Assembly (NCBI GenBank): GCA_964474445.1
Contig: CAYYSJ010000006.1
Span: 14,213 to 78,212 of the forward strand
Direction: 5' to 3'
DNA length: 64,000 nt
Origin: an uncultured Gammaproteobacteria bacterium
GTDB taxonomy: Bacteria > Patescibacteriota > Microgenomatia > Levybacterales > UBA12049
Part shown: in pieces, positions 1 through 9,547 of the stretch
How the letters are laid out: each line of letters begins with the position of its first letter
Numbering within the stretch: position 1 is the first letter of the stretch
Notes under the pieces: model-generated
What the model was told of the DNA's origin: nothing
What the model saw: the letters and a program-made list of their open reading frames with translations, nothing else
The model's database searches: none
Program-made: the position numbers and the translations under genes

Positions 1-175
1 CTAAGTTTTTTAATTTCATAAGCAAGTCTTTTTGATCTTTTACTGGCAGGACAGCTAAAAAATCTCGAGCCAACTGTCGTGCTTTCTCAACCTCGATTTT
101 ATTTGCTTTTAAATGCGCAATAATCAGGTCTAACAGCTCTTTTTCTATCTGTTTTACTTCCTGTAATAAATCCAT
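1..175 (-). CDS. Hypothetical protein, N-terminal fragment (gene continues past the window start)
   Basis: ATG at 173-175 on the minus strand; reading frame open to position 1 (MDLLQEVKQIEKELLDLIIAHLKANKIEVEKARQ...); no recognisable motif. Confidence 0.3.
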   Translation of the reverse strand, partial: MDLLQEVKQIEKELLDLIIAHLKANKIEVEKARQLARDFLAVLPVKDQKDLLMKLKNL

Positions 176-286
176 ATCTCTCCCTACTATAGTCTTTATT
201 CGTACGCAGGGTCAAGGCTTTCTTCCGAAAGCAGTGTTTCTTGCTTTTGCATCACCTTGCCATGCAGTATAATTATGTAGATTGTA

Positions 287-808
287 ATGCTAGATAAGGC
301 CACCCGCTTGATATTAGAATTACAAAATGTTTACAAGATGAAAGAAGAAGTATCAGCAGGAGGGGTTGTCTTTAGTACCCGTTTGGCAAACTCAAGGCAA
401 ACAGATTCTGGGCATAACCAGAATGACATATTTATCCTCGTTTCCAAGCATTCTGGACACCATGGATGGGTTTTCCCAAAAGGGCACGTGGGAGATAACA
501 TTCATAATGAATCCGCAGAGAGCGCTGCCCTTCGAGAAGTCAAGGAAGAGACAGGTATTACTGGAAAAATACTAGAGGCATTATCTCCCATTGACTACTG
601 GTATGAATTTAATGGAGAGAAGAGACACAAAATAGTCTTATACTTTCTTATGAGGTATGTTTCTGGAAATATTGAAGACCATGATTGGGAAATGGAAGAA
701 GTAGAATGGCTTCCCCTAGACAAAGTGGAAGAAAGACTTACCTACCCAGGAGATAAAAAAGTTTGGAGAGAGGCTAGAACAATAATGAATAAACACATAC
801 CCAAATAA
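287..808 (+). CDS. NUDIX hydrolase
   Basis: Nudix box GDNIHNE-SAESAAL-REVKEETGI matches G-x5-E-x7-REUxEExGU; 173-aa ORF. Confidence 0.8.
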   Translation: MLDKATRLILELQNVYKMKEEVSAGGVVFSTRLANSRQTDSGHNQNDIFILVSKHSGHHGWVFPKGHVGDNIHNESAESAALREVKEETGITGKILEALSPIDYWYEFNGEKRHKIVLYFLMRYVSGNIEDHDWEMEEVEWLPLDKVEERLTYPGDKKVWREARTIMNKHIPK

Positions 809-887
809 TCTAACATAATCAAGTGCTATCTTTTCAAAGCTTTGCTTCCCTCTAGTCAATAATATATAATCAATACTCAATACAAAA

Positions 888-975
888 GGAGAGGTCGCAT
901 AGTTGGTCTAGTGCGCTCGCTTGGAAAGCGGGTATCGTCGTGAGATGATCACGGGTTCGAATCCCGTCCTCTCCG
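888..975 (+). tRNA. tRNA-Ser, anticodon GGA (type II tRNA with long variable arm)
   Basis: Manual fold: acceptor GGAGAGG/CCTCTCC, D-arm GCA..TGC, anticodon stem CTCGC/GCGGG with loop TTGGAAA, long variable arm, T-arm ACGGG-TTCGAAT-CCCGT, discriminator G; CCA not encoded. Confidence 0.85.
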
Positions 976-990
976 CTAAAATTCAAATAA

Positions 991-2241
991 CTACGATTCT
1001 GAGAAAATGCGTTCTGACTGAGTTTTCTTACGTGATATCCTCACGAGCACTCTTGCTCCAGCTCTGGTTTGTCTTTTTTTATTTGTAACTCTAAACCATT
1101 CGCCAAAATGTTGTTCTGCTTGTACTATAAGAGCATCACTCCCTGCCCTAGGCAGCAGAAAAAATTCTACAGGAGGCGTTCTTTTCTTCTTAGTGGGATC
1201 CTGTTGAAATCTATCCTGAGGAAATAGTGTTTTATTTTTATAGATAGTCCGACGAAAATTACCCTCCGCATTTAAAAATGCTGCCGCTTGCAGGGTAAGC
1301 AGATCTGGCACTTCGTCATCAGATTTTAGATCCTCCAGATTTAAACTTTCTGTTCGCTCTAACTTACGCAAGAACTGTTCTCCCTTATTCCAAGTAAACA
1401 CAGCTGTAACTAATTCTTTACGGGTTCCTTTACCAAGTGGTTTAAGAGAATCATCTGGAGAAGGAATTAACCTGTCAAGCGGGAATTCTTCATCGCCATC
1501 AACTAAATTATACTCGCCCTGTTGCACTCGATTACTCACATCCTGCACATCTTGCTCAGATAAAGGGTTCTCTGGATGTTGTCGGAAAAGTTTAAGATCC
1601 GCCCATTCAACACCTGCTTTCATCAGCAATTGATGCAAGTCTCCCATTTCTTGATAATCCCATCTACTCTTATCCTGAGTGAGTCTATCCGTGACAATAA
1701 GTGCCCGGGCAAGAAAATATTGTTCCAAAACTCGTTCCATTTTTTCAGGAGAAAGATCTGCCAAGATTTTCTGCATATCCAGTTGTGTTGCTAGACTAGA
1801 GGCAACTTCTCTCAATTCTTTTTCAAGATAAGGACGGTTTTGTTCCTTAAGATATACGATTTCCTGCCGCAATGACTGTTGTCGTTGTTGCGCTTGTAGT
1901 GCATCAGTAATGAGTTGTGTTTGTATCGCTGAATCCAAACTCTGAAAAAAATTTGATGCTCCAGGATCCTCCACATGCTGAAATAATTCTCTAAGATCTG
2001 CACTTCTTGTTCCATATTCTTGACGCTCATCATGTGGCAAGCTTGCCACATCCATAAGATTTGTGTAGACTTGTCCTGATGCTTGAGCATTGTGTAGAGT
2101 TTGACCTTTATATCTATCTACTTTTGCTATGCGTGATTCGATTTGAGCTGTTTCTTTTCGAGCACTTTTAAGACGTGCTCTCACGTGCCCTTCTGTCTCT
2201 GCTAGAGTCATTTTACTTTCTTCTACATTCCTTGCATCCAT
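991..2241 (-). CDS. Hypothetical protein, coiled-coil rich, with a very basic C-terminal tail
   Basis: 416-aa ORF with ATG start; Q/E/L-rich heptad-like segments; C-terminus KKRQTRAGARVLVRISRKKTQSER; no known motif. Confidence 0.5.
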   Translation of the reverse strand: MDARNVEESKMTLAETEGHVRARLKSARKETAQIESRIAKVDRYKGQTLHNAQASGQVYTNLMDVASLPHDERQEYGTRSADLRELFQHVEDPGASNFFQSLDSAIQTQLITDALQAQQRQQSLRQEIVYLKEQNRPYLEKELREVASSLATQLDMQKILADLSPEKMERVLEQYFLARALIVTDRLTQDKSRWDYQEMGDLHQLLMKAGVEWADLKLFRQHPENPLSEQDVQDVSNRVQQGEYNLVDGDEEFPLDRLIPSPDDSLKPLGKGTRKELVTAVFTWNKGEQFLRKLERTESLNLEDLKSDDEVPDLLTLQAAAFLNAEGNFRRTIYKNKTLFPQDRFQQDPTKKKRTPPVEFFLLPRAGSDALIVQAEQHFGEWFRVTNKKRQTRAGARVLVRISRKKTQSERIFSES

Positions 2242-2336
2242 AGCTCCTCCTATTATGACAAAAAGGCAAAAGAAAGCAAATCCACACTGCTTTTTTGCTT
2301 GACAATCAAGGAAAAATTAACCAAACTAGACATAGC

Positions 2337-4022
2337 ATGAAATTTCTCCGTTTATTTCTTCCAAAAACAGTGTTGAAATATTCCCCTTCCATTATATTTG
2401 GATTGGTAATTCTTTTTTCAGTAATTATGCCAAGTTTTGCACAACGAGACTATACCATGCCCAGTACCGAGACAAACGTACCTCAAAACCTTCATACTTT
2501 GACACAAGGGTTACTCCTTGATCTTCTATCTGCAGCGACTTGCCAACTTGGTGGTGTGGACTTTATGACACCAAACCATAAATGTCTTGTTTATAACTCT
2601 CAAGGTCGACTAAGCTATGCAGATAACAGTTCAGGCGTGGTTGGTTTTCTCACCAATGCAATCCAAATCACCTATACGCCACCACTTCATACCTCCTATT
2701 ATGTGGCATATCTTAAAAATAATTTTGGTCTTGTGAAATCAGCTAATGCAGCAGGAAACAGCGGATTTGATCAACTGCAGCCCCTTACGAAGATTTGGTT
2801 AATATTCCGTAATCTCACATACCTTCTATATGTGATTATTTTTGTTGTTATTGGTTTTGCCATTATGCTTCGAGCGAAAATTGATCCCCGAACAGTTATG
2901 ACCATAGAAAATCAAATACCCAAACTCATTGTTAGCATTGTTCTGATCACTTTCTCCTTCGCTATAGCAGGCCTTCTAATTGATTTCCTTTGGGTGCTCA
3001 TGTATCTTGTCGTTAATGTTTTTGCCGCAGTAGACCCTAATTTACTGCCCGGAAATATTATTAGCGGCATAAGAGATAACCCAATTGGCGTCTATGGGAG
3101 AATTCAAGATGGATCCGTGTTTGGCCTCGCATGGCAAGTTGCAGGAGCATTAAATGACATGCTCAATGTAATCATAGGGAATGCTCTTAGTGCGCAGCTT
3201 GGATCAATACCAGTGGGCGGCCTTTTGTCAAAGATACTTGCCATCCTACCGCCATTTATTATTACTGCAACACTCCCGTGTGTTCCTTCAGCACTGCTAG
3301 GACTTATTCCTGGCTCTAACACTGATTTTGGGAAATGTATTGATGGGAATATGACTGCACAGCTCTCCTTTCTTGGAGCAATTGTTGCTTACCTTATTGT
3401 CCTTGTTGCTATGGTCGTTGCACTCTTTAAAATTTGGTTTACCCTTATTCAATCTTATGCAATGTTTCTCATTCTTGTTGCAACAGGACCGTTATTTATT
3501 TTGTCTGGAGTACTCCCTGGAAGTAAAGTGACATTTGAATGGTGGTTAAGACAACTCCTAGCCTACCTGTCATCCTTTATTGTTACCCTTGGTATTCTTC
3601 TTTTAGGAAAAGTTCTTATGGACGCTTTTGGCAACAGTACCAATGCGTTTGGCCCTCCTCTTATCGGAGGACAAATTGGACAAGTAGCAACAAGTACTCT
3701 TGGCGCAATTATTGGATTTGCAACATTTCTTCTTGTGCCACAAGCACTGACAATGGCCCGGGATGCAATCGGTGCAACACCTATTAAATATCTGCAGGGG
3801 ATTGGAGAAGGACTTGGTGCAGGAACGAAATTTGTTGGTGGAGTTGCTGGTGCAGGATTCAGGAGAGCATTCCACGACAGGAATCTCCAAACTGGGCAGG
3901 GAGAGGGATTTGGTACTCAATTATTGTTGGGACGAATTGACGAAGCGGGGACCTGGAGTGGCAAGTCATGGCAAGGATTTTTACGAAGAATGGCATATGG
4001 CAAGATGAAGGGAATGAAGTGA
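2337..4022 (+). CDS. Polytopic membrane protein, candidate VirB6/TrbL-like T4SS channel component
   Basis: N-terminal signal/TM (MKFLRLFLPKTVLKYSPSIIFGLVILFSVIMPSFAQ), many hydrophobic helices, Gly-rich C-terminus; sits in the T4SS-like cluster. ATG at 2337 preferred over the track's TTG at 2295. Confidence 0.45.
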   Translation: MKFLRLFLPKTVLKYSPSIIFGLVILFSVIMPSFAQRDYTMPSTETNVPQNLHTLTQGLLLDLLSAATCQLGGVDFMTPNHKCLVYNSQGRLSYADNSSGVVGFLTNAIQITYTPPLHTSYYVAYLKNNFGLVKSANAAGNSGFDQLQPLTKIWLIFRNLTYLLYVIIFVVIGFAIMLRAKIDPRTVMTIENQIPKLIVSIVLITFSFAIAGLLIDFLWVLMYLVVNVFAAVDPNLLPGNIISGIRDNPIGVYGRIQDGSVFGLAWQVAGALNDMLNVIIGNALSAQLGSIPVGGLLSKILAILPPFIITATLPCVPSALLGLIPGSNTDFGKCIDGNMTAQLSFLGAIVAYLIVLVAMVVALFKIWFTLIQSYAMFLILVATGPLFILSGVLPGSKVTFEWWLRQLLAYLSSFIVTLGILLLGKVLMDAFGNSTNAFGPPLIGGQIGQVATSTLGAIIGFATFLLVPQALTMARDAIGATPIKYLQGIGEGLGAGTKFVGGVAGAGFRRAFHDRNLQTGQGEGFGTQLLLGRIDEAGTWSGKSWQGFLRRMAYGKMKGMK

Positions 4023-4031
4023 TAGATACTT

Positions 4032-7000
4032 TTATCCTCCAACTTTCAAGCCGCTAAATATCATTTTGAAAAAGGTTCCAAATAACTCTCGAGTTATGTC
4101 TGCCGCAAATCCCACAGTATCTCCCCCATACTCTCCGGCGTAGAGTCTCCACCAAGGATTATTAAACCAGAGCAAGTATCTTCTTATTTTACCTGTATCT
4201 TCTAATAAGCCCAATTTGGCTATTCTGTCCCATTCGTCTATTGTAAAAAAGTCGCGCAAAATCTCAACTTCTTCCCCGTTAAAAGCAACCGATCGTGTCA
4301 TGCTATTAAATAATCCTTGCAGCATTTCTATTTCATTTGCACCGTAATATTTTGCAATCGCTCCTTTTGCACGCCATTGTCTATGAAATCGGATTTGTTC
4401 AGCAATAATATATGCTAAAAGGTTTCGTGCCATACCTGTTTTTTTCCAAGCCTCATCCTGTGTCTTTGAACCAGTATCTGTTTCTACTTCAAATCCATAC
4501 ATTTTCATGTCTTGCACTGTTTTCCCAAACATAAGATCACGCAAGGACTGTGTTGTCATCTTTACTGACCTGTCAACCTTACCTCGATAACCAGGCTGAG
4601 ATGTGTATGTCCAGGTTCGAAACTGTGCTTCAAAATTAGGAGCTTGCAAGTCAAGCATGTATCGAATCGGTTTCCAGAATTTATCAATGAAATCCCAAAA
4701 TGCCGAGGTATCAACGGTTAATAGACCGGTTCGCGGATCTGGTGAAACAATTTTATTAAACTCAATCTCAATTTTATTAAGCATCTTAAAGACAGCAAAA
4801 GCGTTACTTAAGTGATCTCCGTAAAATTGAGACATGGAATTCTCGTAGAAATCAAAAGAAGCAATATCTCCATCTAAATTCATATTGTCTCCTGCACCTC
4901 CCTGAAGGATCTCCCGAAGAGTAGTTCCTTTACCCATATTTCCATATCCACTTTCTCCCTGCTTTTGCACTCTCATGCCTTCATAAAAAGTAAAACTAAT
5001 TTTTTTAATGCCATTTATCGTAAAGACATTCCCGTATGCATTCTTGCCTTCCACTTGTCCCTCTCTATATCTCCTAATATTCATTAATTTGGACCAGGCG
5101 TTAAATCCAATACCAATGACGTCATTTTTTGCAGTACTGCCAAAAATATATGCCAAGTCATACGCATGCATATCAGCATACTTTGCCTCAAAAGCTGACA
5201 ACTTGAGCTGTTTGACCATGGCTGCTCGAAGAGCATCTCTCACTAATGCTCTTGATCCTCCAACCTCCTTGATAGAGCCAAATATATTAAGAAAAATCGC
5301 ATCATTTGAATCCCAGCTTTGTTTTGAGAAAGAAATTGCAAAGTCCTCCAACGACTTTCTCCCCTCTACAAAATCCTTAAATACCCCATTACTTACAAGC
5401 TCCGATGTCATGCCATATCCTTTTCCTACCATTGTATAAAGGAATTCTCTTCTCAAATCTTGAGAGTTCACTCGGGATTTTCTTTCGAGTGTTAGTGCGT
5501 TAAGTTCATTTAATTGTCTTTGAAAGGTCTCTTTCTTTCCAGAATCTGTTGATTGAGAAATATCCTTAGCAAGATCTTCTCGTATTCGAGCGAGGACACG
5601 TGTATAGTCTTCTTGAGAAATTCCCCATTCAACAAACTTTGAGGGTTCCTTTTGCTTTGGATCTCCTTCAAGACCTTTTTTATCTAACAGCAGAATATCC
5701 AACACATCCACTTTCTCCCAGTCTTGTCTTTCTCTAAATGCACCTTTATTTTCTCCCTCTTTCTCTTGGATAAATATTTTATTTAGTTCTTCTGTTAGTT
5801 TTTTTGCCATGCCAAATTGATCAGCGTATTTTTTGTCAAGTGTAATACGGATAACTTCACGGTAAAACTCTTTTGCCCCCTCAGTCCCAAGTGATTTTCT
5901 AAAAAGATTTTCGTACTCTTTTTCTTTTCCTTGCTCATCAACGCCTTTTATTCGAGCTCCCTGGTTAACCTCTGCCATATAGTCGTATGCATTTAACAAG
6001 CGCTGAACTGCTTTTCCAACGGTTCCCTGAGAAGTATAATCGTTATTCTCAACCTGCCTATCAATTTCTCCTTTCCCATTATGTGTTTGTTTATCAGTGC
6101 TTCCATAGCGAAGAATCTTTAGCAAACGATCACGTCCCTCAGTTAATGCATTTGGCTTACTATAAATACTTCCCAAGACTTCTGATAATTTGTCCTCGGA
6201 TCCCATTGCCGCCCGAAAGTCAACAGCAGAGTTGTGAATAAAGTCAGCAAGATAAGGCTCATAAAGGATATCGTCCCGAAGCCTGTCATATGCAGCATCT
6301 TGACGAGAAACCTCACGAACTTTGTAAACTTGAACGTCCTTAGGTTTAGAAGGATCATTAGGATCATATTCTTCTGAGACTTGAATATTAGGAGCAGGGA
6401 CCTCTGCGACAACCCTTAGCTCTCCTCTCTCGTTTTCACTTAAAAGCCCAACCAAGACACGTCCTGCACCATCTTTACGCACTTTACCATTCTCGTCTGT
6501 TAGGACAACACCTTCTCTGTTATACCTTTCCAAATCAACTCGCCAAACTCCATCTTCTTTTTTTACTTCCTGATAAATTTCCGTAGTTCGTTTACCCCAA
6601 TATGCATCAGTACCGTATAATTCAATTAAGTAATATGCACGAGTGGCAGTTGGAAGCTGAATATCCTGCAATAGGTTAATTTTGCTTGTTGCGTTTAAGT
6701 CATGATAAAACCATACTCTTCTTCTCACCCACAAAAGTAAGTTGTCTTTATTTACACGCTTCTCTCCAGTTTCAGAATCAATAGTAATAAGCGCATGTTT
6801 TCCACCAACGGAGAATTCATCAGACACCACATCGGAAATTCTTTCAACTAAATCTTCCAAATTTTTGGGAGTACTATAAAAATCCATCTGCTCATCTCGT
6901 AACTTTTCGTACCCGTAATACTTTTTCAGTGTATTCCCCAACTCTAAAGTCATGAGTCGAGCTGCGTTTTTGTCCTGTGCGGCAACTGTTGTTATCTGTT

Positions 7001-7490
7001 CAAGGCGTTTTTTCAGCTCTACCATCTCTTGTTTAAGACCAGGCGTTGTTTCTAATGCTCTTTTTGCTTTCCAACCCATACCAATAATACCCTCTATCAA
7101 GTTGGTAAACTGTACATCCGATTTTCCTGATTCACGCAATTCTTTCAATAAACTCTCGAGATGTTCTCGAGGGGTTTTAGGCTTTGTAGTTTCATCTTTA
7201 TCTATCTGTGACTGCGCCTCTTTTGCTTTTGCTTTCATGTTATCCCGAAAGTTAGCAGGAGCGGGCTCAATGGTCGATCGTACGTTTTCTCTATTGGACT
7301 CTGTCCCCATTTCTTCTAATACTTGGGCCACTTGTTCTGGAGTTAACCTTTGTCCATTATTAAAGAATCCGCCTTCCGAAATTGGCTGCCCTTGTGCTTC
7401 GGGAGAGGATCCTCCACCATCTATTGCCATACCTTCAGCATAGCTATTTTGAACTCTTGATGTCAATGTTGGGTCAAATTCGTAGTTCAT
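4032..7490 (-). CDS. Large hypothetical protein (about 1150 aa), no TM, no recognisable catalytic motif
   Basis: Long uninterrupted ORF; first ATG at 7490 (track TTG at 7499); no Walker motifs seen; lies between the VirB6-like gene and the pilin-like genes. Confidence 0.6.
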   Translation of the reverse strand: MNYEFDPTLTSRVQNSYAEGMAIDGGGSSPEAQGQPISEGGFFNNGQRLTPEQVAQVLEEMGTESNRENVRSTIEPAPANFRDNMKAKAKEAQSQIDKDETTKPKTPREHLESLLKELRESGKSDVQFTNLIEGIIGMGWKAKRALETTPGLKQEMVELKKRLEQITTVAAQDKNAARLMTLELGNTLKKYYGYEKLRDEQMDFYSTPKNLEDLVERISDVVSDEFSVGGKHALITIDSETGEKRVNKDNLLLWVRRRVWFYHDLNATSKINLLQDIQLPTATRAYYLIELYGTDAYWGKRTTEIYQEVKKEDGVWRVDLERYNREGVVLTDENGKVRKDGAGRVLVGLLSENERGELRVVAEVPAPNIQVSEEYDPNDPSKPKDVQVYKVREVSRQDAAYDRLRDDILYEPYLADFIHNSAVDFRAAMGSEDKLSEVLGSIYSKPNALTEGRDRLLKILRYGSTDKQTHNGKGEIDRQVENNDYTSQGTVGKAVQRLLNAYDYMAEVNQGARIKGVDEQGKEKEYENLFRKSLGTEGAKEFYREVIRITLDKKYADQFGMAKKLTEELNKIFIQEKEGENKGAFRERQDWEKVDVLDILLLDKKGLEGDPKQKEPSKFVEWGISQEDYTRVLARIREDLAKDISQSTDSGKKETFQRQLNELNALTLERKSRVNSQDLRREFLYTMVGKGYGMTSELVSNGVFKDFVEGRKSLEDFAISFSKQSWDSNDAIFLNIFGSIKEVGGSRALVRDALRAAMVKQLKLSAFEAKYADMHAYDLAYIFGSTAKNDVIGIGFNAWSKLMNIRRYREGQVEGKNAYGNVFTINGIKKISFTFYEGMRVQKQGESGYGNMGKGTTLREILQGGAGDNMNLDGDIASFDFYENSMSQFYGDHLSNAFAVFKMLNKIEIEFNKIVSPDPRTGLLTVDTSAFWDFIDKFWKPIRYMLDLQAPNFEAQFRTWTYTSQPGYRGKVDRSVKMTTQSLRDLMFGKTVQDMKMYGFEVETDTGSKTQDEAWKKTGMARNLLAYIIAEQIRFHRQWRAKGAIAKYYGANEIEMLQGLFNSMTRSVAFNGEEVEILRDFFTIDEWDRIAKLGLLEDTGKIRRYLLWFNNPWWRLYAGEYGGDTVGFAADITRELFGTFFKMIFSGLKVGG

Positions 7491-7558
7491 ATGAAGCAAG
7501 TTTACTTCCTAAAAGCACACTTGCCTTGATATTTACCTTACAGAATTCTTTTGATACG

Positions 7559-8902
7559 ATGATACATATGGATTCCGACCATCTTGAATCACTCTATCCA
7601 ACAGCAAGTAGACAAGAAGAAATCACTGAAATTCTTTCCTACGTAAAAGAAGGACAATCTTGTCAATTGATTGCTCTGCCAGGTGTTGGACGAGGAAACT
7701 TACTAAACCTTCTTGCATACAATAGAGATCTTCGAATACTCCATTTAGGAGAGGAGGTATACCTCAAATATCATTTTGTGTTGGCTAATTTTTCTGAGGT
7801 AAAGAATAGATCACTTCTAGACATTATGAAATTTCTTTTCCTCGAACTTTCTTCGTCCTTGCATGAGAGGAAAAGAGACGAGGAATTTTTAGAGGTTGAT
7901 CAAATGTTTAAAGAAGCAATATCTTATAACGATGAATTAGTGCTTTTTCAAGCACTCAAAAAAGCAATTGAGTACTTAACGCTTGAGAAAGATATAACAG
8001 TTGTTTTTCTTCTTGAAAGATTTGAAACGTATGTACCACTTGTTACACAGGATTTTTTTAACAATTTACGGAGTATCCGAAATCGTGCAAAATATAAATT
8101 CTCTGTTGTCTTCTCTGTCACAAGACCGTTAGAGGAAATTCTAGAGCCAGCTCTTCTTGCAGATTTCTACGAATTTGTCGTAGATCATAACATCTATTTG
8201 CCTCTTTTAGATATGCCTGGTATCAATTTCCGTATCAGTTATTTAGAAAAACTGACCAGAAAAAAAATACCAGAAGAAATTACAAAAAAAATTTTAGAAT
8301 TTACTGCTGGACATGGGAAATTAACAAGACTCACCTTGGAAATTGCATGCTCAGATCGTACTGAAGAGCGACAAGTAAACATAATAACACTACTTTCCCA
8401 CAAAACCATTCGAGGAGCTCTATTTGAAATTTGGAATTTTCTTACTCCCGATGAACAAAACGATGTCTTTTCACTAGTAAAAGGAGACTCTGTTTCAAAT
8501 GCTTTTCTAGAACATGTAGGACTTCTCCAAAACGGACATGTCACAATTCCTCTTTTTGCAGATTTCGTTAAGAATTATTTGTCCGAAGAAGTTGCACAAG
8601 AACAACATATCTTCTTTAACCCTGAGACAAATAGTATTACCAAAGGGCATCAGATCCTTTCCGACATTTTAACAGGATCAGAATTTAAACTACTTCGTTT
8701 ACTGCTTGAACATATAGACACAATTATTGACCGCGATCGAATTATCCAAACAGTGTGGACAGATACAAAATCTCAAACAGGAGTTTCGGATCAGGCAGTT
8801 GACCAACTCATATTCAGACTAAGAAAAAAAATTGAAGACGATCCGAATAATCCTGTACATATTCAGACAGTGAAAGGTCGCGGTGTTAAATTTACTCCAT
8901 AA
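7559..8902 (+). CDS. Transcriptional regulator: N-terminal NTPase-like domain plus C-terminal OmpR/PhoB-type winged-helix DNA-binding domain, no receiver domain
   Basis: C-terminus LLRLLLEHIDTIIDRDRIIQTVWTD...AVDQLIFRLRKKIEDDPNNPVHIQTVKGRGVKFTP matches the trans_reg_C pattern; N-terminal LIALPGVGRGNLLNLL is P-loop-like; first ATG at 7559 (track TTG 7382 would overlap the upstream gene). Confidence 0.6.
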   Translation: MIHMDSDHLESLYPTASRQEEITEILSYVKEGQSCQLIALPGVGRGNLLNLLAYNRDLRILHLGEEVYLKYHFVLANFSEVKNRSLLDIMKFLFLELSSSLHERKRDEEFLEVDQMFKEAISYNDELVLFQALKKAIEYLTLEKDITVVFLLERFETYVPLVTQDFFNNLRSIRNRAKYKFSVVFSVTRPLEEILEPALLADFYEFVVDHNIYLPLLDMPGINFRISYLEKLTRKKIPEEITKKILEFTAGHGKLTRLTLEIACSDRTEERQVNIITLLSHKTIRGALFEIWNFLTPDEQNDVFSLVKGDSVSNAFLEHVGLLQNGHVTIPLFADFVKNYLSEEVAQEQHIFFNPETNSITKGHQILSDILTGSEFKLLRLLLEHIDTIIDRDRIIQTVWTDTKSQTGVSDQAVDQLIFRLRKKIEDDPNNPVHIQTVKGRGVKFTP

Positions 8903-8945
8903 CTTTTCTTGACAAAGAAATGCTCACTGTGGGACGATAAACCTA

Positions 8946-9545
8946 ATGAAAAAGCTTTTCCTTTCCCTTGCCATGCTTCCTCTCTTTTTCGTACTTCCTC
9001 AACTGTCATTTGCCGGAGGATGCACTGATAATAGAAGCATCTGTGTAAATCAATCTCTTCCTTCAGGAGTCAAGCCAGGTGATGTTTGCGGAAACTCGAC
9101 GAATTATGTTTATGGTTCAACGTCAGTTTGCTTTGGCGGAGCTTCTCCATGTATTCCCCGTTGCGGACTTGGGGATTGGTGGTGCTGCGATCCAAAACCT
9201 GGATATACTCCGGTAAACAAGGGGCCAGCTGCTCCTCCATGCAACCAATCAGATAATGGTAATTGCCTTTCTGTTGAAACAGGTGTTGGAACGATATCCA
9301 CACAACCCGCAAACTTTGTTAATAGTATTTACAGGATTCTTTTGGGGCTTGCTGGCGGAGTAGCACTACTTCTTATTATTGGAGCTGGATATCAAATGAT
9401 GACATCGCAGGGAAACCCAGAGAAAGTCAAAGAAGCACGAGAACGTCTTACCTCTGCAATAGTCGGACTGCTTTTTATCATTTTTTCATTTACAATCTTG
9501 CAAATAATAGGAGTGCAAATTCTACAAATACCTGGCTTTAAATAA
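8946..9545 (+). CDS. VirB2/TrbC-like pilin-family protein with an N-terminal Cys-rich (10 Cys) extracellular extension
   Basis: Signal peptide MKKLFLSLAMLPLFFVLPQLSFA; Cys-rich segment; C-terminal core AGYQMMTSQGNPEKVKEARERLTSAIVGLLFIIFSF shared with the three downstream paralogues. Confidence 0.5.
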   Translation: MKKLFLSLAMLPLFFVLPQLSFAGGCTDNRSICVNQSLPSGVKPGDVCGNSTNYVYGSTSVCFGGASPCIPRCGLGDWWCCDPKPGYTPVNKGPAAPPCNQSDNGNCLSVETGVGTISTQPANFVNSIYRILLGLAGGVALLLIIGAGYQMMTSQGNPEKVKEARERLTSAIVGLLFIIFSFTILQIIGVQILQIPGFK

Positions 9546-9547
9546 TT

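Noticed and set aside
366-575. 69-aa ORF on the same strand inside the NUDIX gene in another frame
   Set aside because: Fully nested in a well-supported CDS; no motif; typical spurious alternative-frame ORF.
5008-7443. Several 80-160-aa ORFs on the plus strand (5008..5439, 5987..6241, 6952..7443) opposite the 1155-aa gene
   Set aside because: All lie antisense within one long uninterrupted ORF; low-complexity translations without motifs.
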